In this document: positions 41,319 to 52,352 of the stretch, piece by piece | Numbering within the stretch: the first letter of the stretch is position 1 | Layout: the number at the start of each line of letters is the position of its first letter | Assembly (NCBI GenBank): GCA_948502395.1 | Contig: CAOPES010000006.1 | Span: forward strand, 49,101 to 113,100 | DNA length: 64,000 nt | Origin: an uncultured Clostridia bacterium | GTDB taxonomy: Bacteria; Bacillota; Clostridia; TANB77; CAG-508 | Direction: 5' to 3' | The notes under the pieces: model-generated | Told to the model about the DNA's origin: nothing | Seen by the model: only the letters and a program-made list of their open reading frames with translations | Database searches by the model: none | Program-made: the position numbers and the translations under genes

Positions 41319-43064
41319 ATGAAAAAGAAGATAATTTCAGGTGTATTATTATGTACAATGGTTTTTTATACAATGCCAGTAATGGCATTTACAAAAGATG
41401 AAACAGTATATTCTAAAATAGACGCAAGTGGAAGTTCATATAGCACAATTGTAAGCAGTCATACACAAGACGAAAATGGAAGTGATAAATATGACCAAGA
41501 AAAATCAGAAAAAGAATTACCAATTGAGTGTAATGTAAAATATGAATTAGACGGAAAAGAAATAGACGCAAATGAGTTAGTAGGAAAGTCTGGAAAAGTA
41601 AAAATAACAATAGAATATAAAAACAAAGACGCACACACAGTTAAAGTAAATGGTAAAGACGAGACTTTATATACTCCATTTGTAGTAATTTGTGGAACTA
41701 TATTAGATAACGAACATCATAAAAACATAGAAATAACAAATGGAAAAGTAATAGATGACGGAAGCAAAACAACGGTAATAGGAATGAGCTTACCAGGAAT
41801 GCAAGAAAGTTTAGGAATTGAAAAAGACAAATTAGAAATTCCAAACAAAGTAGAAATCACAATGGATTCAACAGAATTTGAATTAACTAATATAGTTACT
41901 TTTGCAACACCTAAAATAGTTGAAGAAAAAGACCTAGAAATATTTGACAAAGTAGATGAAATATATAGCCAAGTAGATACTCTACAAAGTTCAAGTAGAC
42001 AATTAGAGGAAGGCGCAAATACATTAAAAACAGGAATAGATACTTATACAGAAAAATCAAAAGAATTTAACAATGCTATGAGCCAAGTAGCAGAAGGAAC
42101 AGGAACAATAAATTCAAATTACAATAAAATAGATAGTGGTATAAGTTCTTTAAATTCAGGAAGTGCTGAACTAAAAAACGGAGCAGAACAACTAAATAAC
42201 GGAATAGAAACATTATCAACAAATTTAGGAAGCTTACCACAAGGAATAAGTGCTTTATATCAAGGAAGTAAAGATTTAAGTAATGGAATGGAAGGGTTAG
42301 CAGCAGGAGTAAATACATTAAAAGGTGGACTAACACAAACTACAACCACAGCTATAACAGAATTAACAAAAAATAACGCAATATTACAAAAAACAATAGA
42401 AGCATTAGGAGAAGAACAACCTGAATTAGTAGCAACTTTAAAAGCTCAAAAAGCAGAAAATGAACAAGTAATAAAAGCACTAACACCAACACAAGAAACA
42501 AATTCACAAATGCAAGCATTAGAAAATGGAATGCAAGCAGTAAAAACAGGAACAAAATCATTAGAAGAAAACTTAGGAAAAGTAAACCAAGCAGCAGGAG
42601 CTCTACCAGAGGCAATAGCAAAAATTCAAAATGGGTCAAAAGCAGTAGCTAATGGTTCAAAAACTTTGAATTCAGGTGCAGTAACATTAAATAATGGTTC
42701 AAAGGCTTTAAAAAATGGAATTCAAACATTAGATACAAGCACACAAAAATTACTAGACGCAAATAATCAATTAACAGAAGGAACATCAACAATATCAAAT
42801 GGTATGGATACTTTGGCAGAAGGGATTAAAAAATTCAACAGAGAAGGTATAGATAAAATTTGTAATTATATTAATGGAGATTTAAAGGATATTACTAATA
42901 GAGTTCAAAAATTACAAGAATTATCAGAACAATATGAAGGATTTAATGATGATAGTAATGGAAATTCTAAATTTATTATGATTATGGATAGTATCAAAAA
43001 AGATAAAGAAAATAAACAAGAAATAATTTTAGAAAATAAAAATAATGAAGATAAAAAAGATTAA
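41319..43064 (+). CDS. YhgE/Pip-domain secreted protein with repetitive coiled-coil (NxG...L) repeats
   Basis: Signal peptide MKKKIISGVLLCTMVFYTMPVMA. Repeated xLxxGxxxLxxG units typical of the YhgE/Pip N-terminal domain. Paired with the MMPL gene. Confidence 0.55.
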   Translation: MKKKIISGVLLCTMVFYTMPVMAFTKDETVYSKIDASGSSYSTIVSSHTQDENGSDKYDQEKSEKELPIECNVKYELDGKEIDANELVGKSGKVKITIEYKNKDAHTVKVNGKDETLYTPFVVICGTILDNEHHKNIEITNGKVIDDGSKTTVIGMSLPGMQESLGIEKDKLEIPNKVEITMDSTEFELTNIVTFATPKIVEEKDLEIFDKVDEIYSQVDTLQSSSRQLEEGANTLKTGIDTYTEKSKEFNNAMSQVAEGTGTINSNYNKIDSGISSLNSGSAELKNGAEQLNNGIETLSTNLGSLPQGISALYQGSKDLSNGMEGLAAGVNTLKGGLTQTTTTAITELTKNNAILQKTIEALGEEQPELVATLKAQKAENEQVIKALTPTQETNSQMQALENGMQAVKTGTKSLEENLGKVNQAAGALPEAIAKIQNGSKAVANGSKTLNSGAVTLNNGSKALKNGIQTLDTSTQKLLDANNQLTEGTSTISNGMDTLAEGIKKFNREGIDKICNYINGDLKDITNRVQKLQELSEQYEGFNDDSNGNSKFIMIMDSIKKDKENKQEIILENKNNEDKKD

Positions 43065-43180
43065 AATGTAGATTTTTTAGAAAATTTGCGTTATTATATA
43101 ATTATAGTTTGATAACTTAGTAGAAACATTAAGAGTGGTTACTACTAAGTTATTAAATTTAATAAATAGAGGTGTAATAA

Positions 43181-43861
43181 ATGTTCAATATATTAGTAGT
43201 AGAAGATGACAAAAATTTGCGAAAACTAATAACAACATGTTTAAGAAGAGAGAAATATAAAACATATGAAGCAACAAATGGAGTAGAGGCATTAGAAGTA
43301 TTAGATACAAATTATATAGATTTAATAGTAACAGACATAATGATGCCAAAAATGGATGGATATGAGTTAGTAAGAGAACTGAGAAATGCAAATTTCAATA
43401 CACCAATTTTGCTGATAACAGCTAAAAGCACAATAAATGACAAAAAGGAAGGATTTTATTTAGGTGCTGATGATTATATGGTAAAACCAATTGATATAGA
43501 AGAATTATCTTTAAGAGTAAAAGCATTACTAAAAAGAGCAAAACTTACAGCAGAGCAAAAAATTAAAATAGGAAAATTGGTAATAAATTATAATCAACTA
43601 TCAGTTGTAAGAGAAGACAAAATTTATACTTTGGCACAAAAGGAGTTTTATTTGTTATATAAATTGCTAAGTAATCCAGACAAAATCTTTACAAGACAAG
43701 AATTAATGGAAGAAATTTGGGGCTTGGAAAACGAATCAGATTATAGAACAGTAGACGTCCATATCAAAAGGATTAGGGAAAAGCTGGCAGATGTAAATGA
43801 ATTTGAAATTGTAACAGTAAGAGGAATAGGATATAAATCAATAATAAATGGAGAAAAATAA
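43181..43861 (+). CDS. OmpR-family response regulator
   Basis: Receiver domain (DD...D54...K) plus winged-helix trans_reg_C. Confidence 0.9.
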   Translation: MFNILVVEDDKNLRKLITTCLRREKYKTYEATNGVEALEVLDTNYIDLIVTDIMMPKMDGYELVRELRNANFNTPILLITAKSTINDKKEGFYLGADDYMVKPIDIEELSLRVKALLKRAKLTAEQKIKIGKLVINYNQLSVVREDKIYTLAQKEFYLLYKLLSNPDKIFTRQELMEEIWGLENESDYRTVDVHIKRIREKLADVNEFEIVTVRGIGYKSIINGEK

Positions 43862-43863
43862 AA

Positions 43864-44980
43864 ATGTTTGAAAAAATTTTAGGAAAAAGAAAATCAATAC
43901 AAAGGTCACTAACAAGAAGTTTTATAATATCAATCTCAATGGTAATAATAATTACACTTATAGGATTTTACATATTTGTTGTCCCATCAATGAACACAAA
44001 ATTGATAGAATTTAACATAAGTGGAAAAGAAGACATTGGAGAAATTTTATTTATTGCAACAAGTTTCTTGGCATTGGCGATAATAAATATAGTGTTAATT
44101 AGTGCAATATTAATAAGAATAAATACCAAGAAAATGTTACAACCAATCAAACAACTAAATGATGCAACAAAAAAAGTTGCTTCACGGAGACTATGACATA
44201 GAATTAGAAACTAGAAGAGAAGACGAAATAGGAGAAGTTACGCAAAACTTTAATAAAATGATAAAAGAATTGCAAAGCACAGAAAATCTACAAACAGAAT
44301 TTATAAATAATGTATCACACGAAATAAAAACTCCAATAACTTCAATAGAAGGGTTCGCAAAATTACTAAAAGAAAAAGACTTATCAGATGAAGAAAGAGA
44401 AGACTATTCAAATATTATTATAGAAGAATCAGAAAGACTTACAAATTTAGCAGGCAAAATGTTAAAACTATCAAAATTACATAATCAAGACAGAATTACT
44501 AATAAACAAGAAATTTTAGTAGCTGAACAAATCAGAAGAGCAGTTTCTCTGTTAGAACCAAAATGGGGAGAAAAGGACATAAAAATAAATGTTAACCTAG
44601 AAGAATGTTGCTTTTTAGGTGATGAAGAGTTATTATTTCAAGTATGGGTCAACTTATTAGATAATGCAATCAAGTTTTCAAACCAGAATGGAAAAATAGA
44701 TGTAAAAGTTGCTAGTAAAAACGGATATATTAATGTTGCAGTTAAAGACTATGGCGCAGGAATGCAAGAAGCGGAACTTGATAAAATTTTTGAGAGATTT
44801 TATCAAATAGATAGGTCACACTCAGAAGAAGGCTGCGGATTAGGATTAGCAATTGTAAAGAGAATTATAGAGCTTTCAGAAGGAAAAATTGATGTAGAAA
44901 GTGAAGAAGGAAAAGGAACAACTGTAACAGTTAAGTTGCCACAAGTTAAAGAAAAAAATAATAAAATAATAATAAGCTAA
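43864..44980 (+). CDS. Sensor histidine kinase (BceS-like, intramembrane-sensing). Needs a +1 shift at the CGG at 44185-44187.
   Basis: Two TMs plus HAMP ...ATKKVAS then G DYDIELETRREDEIGEV. H-box SHEIKTP. HATPase_c (GLGLAIV). Frames join only after skipping the C of tcaCGGaga. Confidence 0.75.
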
Positions 44981-45070
44981 GGAGTGTCCCCTTTGGCAAA
45001 AAATTGCCAACAGGGACGGAGATAAATGGCAATAAATTGCCAAAAAGGACCGTCCCCAATGGCAATATTG
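44981..45070. repeat. GC-rich palindromic repeat (two units; same family as 39166-39219)
   Basis: GGAGTGTCCCCtTTGGCAAAAAATTGCCAA...TTGCCAAAAAGGaCCGTCCCCAATGGCAA. Confidence 0.65.
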
Positions 45071-45087
45071 GAAAGGAAGATAGTTTT

Positions 45088-45789
45088 ATGTCATATATTG
45101 AGTTTAAGAATATTGTAAAAGAATATAAAATGGGAGAAGTTACGATTAAGGCTTTGGAAGATACGAATTTTGAAATTAATAAAGGCGAACTTGTTGTTAT
45201 TGTTGGACCATCAGGGGCTGGAAAGACTACTGCTCTTAACATTTTGGGTGGTATGGATATACCTACTTCTGGACAGGTTTTTGTTGATGGGAAAGAGATT
45301 TCGAAATTGAATAACAAGAAGTTAATTGAATATAGAAGAAATGATATTGGTTTTGTGTTTCAGTTTTATAATTTGGTGCAAAATTTGACTGCTAAGGAGA
45401 ATGTAGAGCTTGCAACACAGTTATGTGATGACGCGCTAGATGTTGATGAGATTTTGGATAAAGTGGAGTTAGGTAATAGGAAAGATAATTTCCCTTCTCA
45501 ATTATCTGGCGGAGAGCAACAAAGGGTTGCAATTGCAAGGGCGATTGCTAAAAATCCTAAGTTGTTGTTATGTGATGAACCAACAGGTGCGTTAGATTAC
45601 AAGACAGGAAAGAGTATTTTGAAGTTGTTGCAAGATATGGCAAGAAAAGAGAAAATGACAATTATTATAATTACACATAATGGCGCAATTGCTCCAATGG
45701 CTGATAAAGTAATTCATTTTAAAAATGGTAAAGCAGAAAAAGTAGAAATAAATTCAAATCCAGTATCAATCAGTGATATTGAGTGGTAA
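45088..45789 (+). CDS. ABC transporter ATP-binding protein (BceA-like)
   Basis: Walker [18 protein letters not shown], Walker B LLLCDEPT. Start at the ATG at 45088 with SD GGAAAGGAAG. The ORF-track start at 45004 runs through the repeat element. Confidence 0.85.
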   Translation: MSYIEFKNIVKEYKMGEVTIKALEDTNFEINKGELVVIVGPSGAGKTTALNILGGMDIPTSGQVFVDGKEISKLNNKKLIEYRRNDIGFVFQFYNLVQNLTAKENVELATQLCDDALDVDEILDKVELGNRKDNFPSQLSGGEQQRVAIARAIAKNPKLLLCDEPTGALDYKTGKSILKLLQDMARKEKMTIIIITHNGAIAPMADKVIHFKNGKAEKVEINSNPVSISDIEW

Positions 45790-45801
45790 GAAAGGGAAAA
45801 G

Positions 45802-48800
45802 ATGAAAAAGTCATTAATAAAGAATTATTTTAAATCAATTTATGTAACAAGAAGAAGGTTTATTTCCATATTAATTATGGCTTTTTTGGGTGTGGGATTT
45901 TTTGCTGGTTTAACAGCAAGTAGCCCAGATATGCAAGACACTTTGGAGCATTATTTAGATGAAAATAATATGCACGATATAAGTGTAATTTCTACAATGG
46001 GATTAAATAACGAAGACATAGAGGCATTGAAAGAAATTGACGGAATAAAAGAAGTGTATGGAATTAAAACAAAAGATACAGAGGCAAAGCTAGGCGAAGT
46101 GGAAAAGGCTATAAAAGTAATTGAATATAGTGAAAATATTAATTTGCCAACACTTATAGAAGGCCGTATGCCAGAGAATGAAAGTGAATGTTTAATTGAT
46201 GAAGGATATAACAGATATACAGGTGAAAAGAGCTGTATAGGCGAAAAATTGATATTAGAAAATAGCGATGTAGATGAAGATAAAAACCCTATTTTTACAA
46301 CCAAAGAATTTGAAATAGTAGGTGTTGCCGCTTCTCCACTATATATAGGAAAAGAAAGAGGAACAACATCAGTGGGAAATGGTTCAATAGATTTTTACAT
46401 ATACACAAAAGATAGTGTAATAAATATGGCCTATTTTACAGAAGCAGGGATTATAGTTGAAGGGGCAAAAGAACTAGAAACTAATGGAGATGCATATTTA
46501 AGGCTGATAAATAACGCCGCAGACAAGATAAAAGGAATACAAGAAGAAAGAGAACAAGCAAGATACAATTCTATAATAGATAAAGCAAACCAAAAATTAG
46601 CAGATGCACAAAAAGAATTTGATGATAAAAAAGCAGAGGCGGAAAATAAGATATCAGATGCAGAGAACAAGTTAAATGCTGCTAAGGCAGAAATTGAAAC
46701 ATCAGAAGTAAAAATAGAAGACGCGAAAAAAGAAATAGAAAAAAATACTAAAAAAGCTAATACTGAATTTGCGAATGCTGAAAAACAAATAAAAAATGCG
46801 GAAGAACAAATTACAATAAAAGAAAAAGAATTGCAAGAAGGAAAGAAAGCACTAGAAGAAAACAGAGCTCAGGCAAATGCAGGGATACAGCAATTAGAAA
46901 ATGCAATAAACAAAACAAATGAAACAATTCAAAATTTGCAGGAACAAAAGAAACAATTAGAAATTGCTGGAATGGACACAACACAAATAAATGCAGGAAT
47001 TTTACAAGCACAAAATGCTAAAAAAGAATTAGAACAACAAAAAAATCAAATACAAACTCAATTAACAGAGGCAGAAAATAAAATAAAGTCTCGGAGAGCA
47101 AGAATTAAACAAGGGAAAACAAGAGTTAAATAAGCAAAAAACAACACTTGTAAATACTAAGAGAACAACATATAGCAAAATCGAAAGTGGAAAAAAAGAA
47201 ATACAAACAAATAGCCAAAAACTGCAAGATGCTAAAACAGAGATTGAAAAAAATGAGCAAGAACTAGAAAAACAAAAAGCAGATGTAAAATCACAATTAG
47301 CAGAAGCACAAGAAGAGCTAAATAAGGCAAAGGAAGATATCAAAAAAATAGAAAAAGGAAAATGGTACATACAAGATAGATTAGATAACACAGGCTACAC
47401 TAGTATATTTGACGCAATAAAAACAATGTCTAATATTTCAAAGCTTTTTCCTGTAATATTTTATTTAGTTGCAGTATTAATAAGTTTAACATCAATGACA
47501 AGAATGGTTGAAGAAGAAAGAGTAGAAATTGGAACATTAAAAGCGCTTGGTTATACAAATACTCAAATTATATTAAAATACGTTTTATATGCATTACTTG
47601 CGTCTGTAATAGGTGGAATACTTGGAATGTCAGTAGGATTTTACTTATTGCCATATATTGTATGGAGTTTATATTCTATGTTATATACAATTCCGAAGTT
47701 TTATTACACGTACAGATTAGGGATAGGCTTACTAGGAATTATAATTGCATTCATATGTATAGGTGGAACAACAATTTTTGTTGCAAACCAAGAATTAAAG
47801 CAAATGCCATCAGTATTAATGAGACCTAAATCACCTAAAAACGGCAAAAAGATTTTTATAGAAAAAATAAAATTTATATGGAAAAGACTAAACTTTTCGC
47901 AAAAAGTAACAGTAAGAAACATATTCAGATATAAGAAAAGAGCATTAATGACAATAATAGGAATAGCTGGATGTACAGGGCTTATGCTAACAGGTTTTGG
48001 AATAAGAGATTCTGTTGTTGACATTCCAAAAGCACAATTCGGAGATATATTTAAATATGAAATCGGTGTAGCACTACTAAATACTGATGGCCTAGAAGAT
48101 ATAGAAAAATATTTAAATGAGAATGGAAAAATAGAAGACTACACAAAAATATGTGCAACATCAGGAACAATAACTAATGGAAATGGAAAATATGACGCAA
48201 ATGTATTTGTGCCAGAAGAAGCAAATCAGATAGAGAAAATATGTGAATTGTTAGACTATATTCAAAACGAAAAAATATCATTGTCAAATGAAGGAATTAT
48301 CATTACAGACAAAATGGCTGAACAACTAGAAATAAACAAAGGAGACGAGGTAACCTTTATTGACGGAGACAATGTAAATTATACATTTAAAGTAGACGGA
48401 ATAGTAAAAAATCATGTTGGACATTATGTTTATATGACAAAAGATTTATATGAACAAAATATTGCATCGTATAAAACTAATATGATTATGGTAAATACGA
48501 ATGAAATCACAAAAGAAGAACAAAATGAAATTTCAGCAAAACTCTTAGAAATAAAAGGAGTTGCAGCAGTATCTATAATTTCAGATTTGATGTCAACAGT
48601 AAGTGATATGCTAAACACTATGAATTATGTAGTGGTAGTATTAATTATAGCATCAGCATTACTTGCTTTTGTAGTATTGTACAATTTGGCTAATATCAAC
48701 ATAGGCGAGAGACAAAGAGAAATTGCTACACTAAAAGTTTTAGGCTTCTATGACAGGGAAGTTGATAATTACATCAATAAAGAAAATTTAATTTTTACGA

Positions 48801-49021
48801 TTGTTGGTATAATTTTAGGATTAATATTTGGAACTTTATTGACAGGTGCAATTATTGTTAGCATAGAAATTGACAATCTGAAATTTATGCAGAAGATATT
48901 ACCTTCTAGCTATATCTTTTCAGCTGTTATAACATTGACTTTCTCAATTGCTGTTAATTATATTATTCATTTCATATTGAAGAAAATTGATATGATTGCA
49001 AGTTTAAAAAGTGTGGAATAG
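45802..49021 (+). CDS. FtsX/MacB-type ABC permease (~1073 aa) with a ~400-aa coiled-coil extracytoplasmic insertion. Needs a +1 shift at the CGG at 47092-47094.
   Basis: ORFs 45802-47133 and 47426-49021 join with no stops after skipping the C of tctCGGaga (KIKS then G EQELNKGKQELNKQKTTLV...). Two FtsX 4-TM modules. Confidence 0.7.
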
Positions 49022-49028
49022 AAAAACA

Positions 49029-49063
49029 TCTGCCAAGAGGTACAGACCTTTTTGGCAGATTTT
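49029..49063. repeat. Hairpin related to the palindromic repeat family (ctGCCAAGAGGTACAGACCTTTTTGGCAg). Likely terminator.
   Basis: Resembles one arm-pair of 23934-23964. Lies immediately after the permease stop. Confidence 0.5.
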
Positions 49064-49136
49064 TAAAATTATGAACTATTTATGAATACAGCATAATAAA
49101 TCAGAATATATTTTAATATCAATTGGAGGGATTTTT

Positions 49137-50396
49137 ATGCGATTTTTAAAATTAGTTACTTGCATATTACTTATATCAATTTTTAGTTTATGTTTTGCGA
49201 CACATTGTTTTGCCGAAGCGACAGCTTATGTATGGTCACCATTAAATGAAACAAAAGAAACAAGCTCACAAATTTCAGCAGAAACAAATTCAACGGAAGC
49301 AACAACTGGCACATCAACAAATACTTTGTCATTAGAATCAGGAGCTGCAATATTAATTGAACAAACAACAGGTCAAGTTTTATATGAACACAACATACAT
49401 GAGCAATTACGTCCTGCTTCTGTTACAAAGGTTATGAGTATTTTACTTATTATGGAAGCATTAGACAGCGGGAAAATAAACTTAACAGATAAAGTACCTT
49501 GTAGCGAAAATGCCGCAGCTATGGGAGGCTCTCAAATTTGGCTAGACCCAAGAGAAACTTTATCAGTTGATGAAATGTTAAAAGCAATATGTGTAAATTC
49601 TGCGAACGACTGTGTAGTAGCGATGAGCGAGTTTATAGCTGGTTCAGAAGAAGCTTTTGTTCAAATGATGAATGACAAAGCAAAAGAACTTGGAATGAAT
49701 GACACAACATTCAAAAATTGCCACGGCTTAGACGAAGATGGTCATGTAACATCTGCCTATGATATTTCTGTAATGTCCAGAGAATTGTTGAACAATCATC
49801 CTAGTATCACAAAATATACTACAATTTGGACTGATTCTTTACGTGATGGCAAGTCTCAATTATCAAATACAAATAAATTGATAAGAACTTACAAGGGTGC
49901 AACAGGATTAAAAACAGGTTCTACATCACTTGCATTATACAATTTATCTGCAAGTGCGACCAGAGATGAATTATCTTTAATAGCTGTTATAATGAAAGCA
50001 CCTTCTACAAAAGTGCGTTTTGCAGAAGCTCAACGACTTTTAGATTTTGGGTTTAACACCTTTTCTTTTAAACAATTTGGGAAAAAAGATGATACCGTAA
50101 AAAATATTTCAATCGATAAAGGTGTAACATCTAATGTTGAGGCTATTTTAAAAGATAATTGTGGTACTTTAATTGAAAAAGGTAAAGATAAAAATATTGA
50201 ACAAACTTTAAATTTGCCTGAAAATATTCCAGCACCTGTAACTACTGGTCAAAAACTTCGGAGAAATTTCTTTTAGTTTAGATGGCAAAGTTATTTCTTC
50301 TACTGATATTATTGCTAAAACTAGTGTTGAAAAAATTAGCCTATTTACTACGGCTAAACGTGTTATTTATTCCTGGGTTGATTTGCTAAGAAGTTA
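49137..50396 (+). CDS. dacF: D-alanyl-D-alanine carboxypeptidase (DacF/DacB-like, S11 family). Needs a +1 shift at the CGG at 50259-50261.
   Basis: SxxK (ASVTKVM), SGN and KTG motifs. Unshifted frame stops at 50276. Skipping the C of cttCGGaga gives ...GQKL then G EISFSLDGKVISSTDIIAKTSVEKISLFTTAKRVIYSWVDLLRS, matching the conserved PBP5 C-terminal domain. Confidence 0.8.
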
Positions 50397-50510
50397 AAAA
50401 TATAGTGCGTACAAATTTGTATATCAAACTTGGCGCACAAACAATTGAATGGGCTTTGAAGAAAAATACAATTTTAAGTATATATAATCAAATTAAGCCA
50501 CTATTATTCT

Positions 50511-50542
50511 CCTAAATATTAAAAGATTTTTTAATATTTAGG
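50511..50542. terminator. Bidirectional rho-independent terminator between convergent dacF and the vanW-like gene
   Basis: Perfect hairpin cctaaatattaaaagattttttaatatttagg. Confidence 0.75.
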
Positions 50543-50546
50543 ATTT

Positions 50547-51240
50547 TTATATAGGTTTTCTACTTGTTATAGAAACATCAACAGTAGAGCCATTAGAAGA
50601 GCAATGTATAATTATATCATTTCCAGTATTATTAACAAATTTGAAATCATAACTACCATAGGCAACAGCTGCGTCTTTTCCTTTTTGGATATATGGTACA
50701 TAGTTACTGTGTGCATGTCTTTCTGTAACTGATAAGCTAGGTACAGCTAATACGGCATTATAAAGAGTGCTACTTATTTGACAATTTCCGCCACCAAGGC
50801 CTTTTTTCTTGTTTCCATCTTTGTCAAAAATATCTGCTTTTTGATATCCTTTTGCAGTTGTGGCTTGTCCGTACAGTGTTACAAAAAGAGAATGTTTCGC
50901 CGTTTTTTACAGTTGTATTGTTCAATGTGTTACAAGTAATATTTATGTTATTTTGCCTAGCAGACTCCTTATTATAGACTTTTGTAGAAAAGGTAGCAAT
51001 AGTTTCTTCTTTATATTGCGGTTGCGTTGCAGGGACTTCAATATTAGTTATATTTTTGTTATCTTCATTTTTATTATTTTCTGTTTTATTTTCTTCAGTT
51101 GTAGAGGTTTTGTTTGCTTCATATTCACTTTCTTTGTTTTCATTTTTAGTAGAGTTGTTTGTAAAGTATAGGTATGCTCCAATTCCGCCTGCTAAAATAA
51201 TTATAATAAGTATTATCCAAATCCATTTATTTTTTTTCAT
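50547..51240 (-). CDS. VanW-family protein. Needs a +1 shift at the minus-strand CGG (plus coordinates 50869-50871).
   Basis: Minus strand ...VKNGETFSFCNTV then G QATTAKGYQKADIFDKDGNKKKGLGGGNCQISSTLYNAVL (VanW core) only after skipping the C of gtaCGGaca. The unshifted frame stops at 50824. Confidence 0.75.
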
Positions 51241-51402
51241 TATTTAATCACCAAAATTAGTATGCCCAAAATCTTAGAAAATATTTAAATTTTGAAATTA
51301 TTTCAAAAACTAAAATTTCAATAAAAATTTGACCAGATATAAAAAATATGTTATAATGTAAACATAAAGTGCCGAAAGGCGATAGAAAGGTAAATAGATA
51401 AT

Positions 51403-51636
51403 ATGAAAAAGAAACTAGTGAGTTTATGGAGAAAAAAACGGAACAGTGGAACTTTTACGTTAATTGTATTTTCCATAACGATACTATTTCCAGCTCTTCT
51501 TTTTGGATTTATTATTGCGATGTTGCCAGTTAGTACATATCCATATGTTTTATTAGTGTTTATGACATATATTGCGATTGTACTAGTCGGATATCAATAC
51601 TTAGATAGAGTAGTTTATTATCTAGAAAAGAAGTGA
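51403..51636 (+). CDS. Hypothetical 77-aa two-TM membrane protein. Has an in-frame CGG at codon 13 (51439-51441).
   Basis: Preceded by TTGACC-N17-TATAAT (51329-51357). One of only two in-frame CGGs where the unshifted reading looks sensible. A +1 shift here would give a 19-aa peptide. Confidence 0.35.
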   Translation: MKKKLVSLWRKKRNSGTFTLIVFSITILFPALLFGFIIAMLPVSTYPYVLLVFMTYIAIVLVGYQYLDRVVYYLEKK

Positions 51637-51743
51637 GAGATTTACCAGAAAAATTAGTGTATTTATTACACTAATTTTTTCTATTGACATTTTTCGCAAA
51701 AAAAAGTATAATAAATATGCAAATAAAAAAGGAGAGAAGTTTT

Positions 51744-51905
51744 ATGCTTGCAAAATATTGGAAAAAAATTGGAATGTTAATATTAATAATAGCTTGTATA
51801 TTTAATATAATGGGCAAACTAGTAAATAAACTATCATTAAATAAAGAAATGATATATTCAGCACAATATATGTATGAACAAGAAGAAAAAAATGACAGAA
51901 AATAA
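51744..51905 (+). CDS. Hypothetical small membrane protein (53 aa)
   Basis: TTGACA 51685 - TATAAT 51708 promoter, SD AAAAGGAGAG, single TM. Confidence 0.35.
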   Translation: MLAKYWKKIGMLILIIACIFNIMGKLVNKLSLNKEMIYSAQYMYEQEEKNDRK

Positions 51906-51986
51906 AACAAAACACTTGAAAAAATAAAAGAACTATGATATTATAGAAAATAGTCAGTTATAAAATTGAGAAAGAGGTGAGCTTTA

Positions 51987-52187
51987 ATGAAAAAAGAAAT
52001 ACAACCAAAATACAACCAAACAACAATTACATGTGCATGTGGAAACGTGTTAGAAGTTGGTTCAACAAAAACAGATTTAAAAGTAGACGTATGTTCAAAA
52101 TGCCATCCATACTGGACAGGAAACCTAAGACAAGAAACAGCTGGTGGTAGAGCAGACAAATTTAAGAAAAAATATGGTCTTGCATAA
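51987..52187 (+). CDS. rpmE: 50S ribosomal protein L31
   Basis: CxxC...CxxC Zn-ribbon form of bL31, 66 aa. Confidence 0.9.
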   Translation: MKKEIQPKYNQTTITCACGNVLEVGSTKTDLKVDVCSKCHPYWTGNLRQETAGGRADKFKKKYGLA

Positions 52188-52200
52188 GACAGATAAAACG

Positions 52201-52232
52201 AGCAAAGGTTCAAAACTTTTGCTTATTTTTTT
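52201..52232 (+). terminator. Rho-independent terminator
   Basis: agcaaaggttcaaaacttttgct followed by tattttttt. Confidence 0.7.
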
Positions 52233-52237
52233 GTGGA

Positions 52238-52299
52238 TTTTTTGGGACAGGCCCAAAACGTCCGTGAATGAAACTTTTTTGGCCTGTCCCAAAAAGTCC
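52238..52299. repeat. GC-rich palindromic intergenic repeat (GGGACAGGCC ... GGCCTGTCCC hairpin)
   Basis: Perfect 10-bp GC stems flanked by A/T runs. Same family as 39010-39035 and 6986-7007. Confidence 0.65.
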
Positions 52300-52352
52300 T
52301 TGCAAAAATCGACAAAATGTAATAAAATAGGCTATATTAACAGGAGGTAAAA

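Noticed and set aside
45004-45087. Upstream extension of the ABC ATPase ORF (ORF-track start 45004).
   Set aside because: The extension runs through the palindromic repeat element. A good SD precedes the ATG at 45088, which aligns with the conserved N-terminus MSYIEFKNI.
9334-50396. Treating the macro gene, spoIIIAA, spoIIIAC, HK, permease, dacF, vanW and DUF308 genes as independent pseudogenes.
   Set aside because: All breaks are the same event type at the same codon (in-frame CGG, +1) with no other lesions. A single common cause, either recoding or a systematic artefact, is far more parsimonious.
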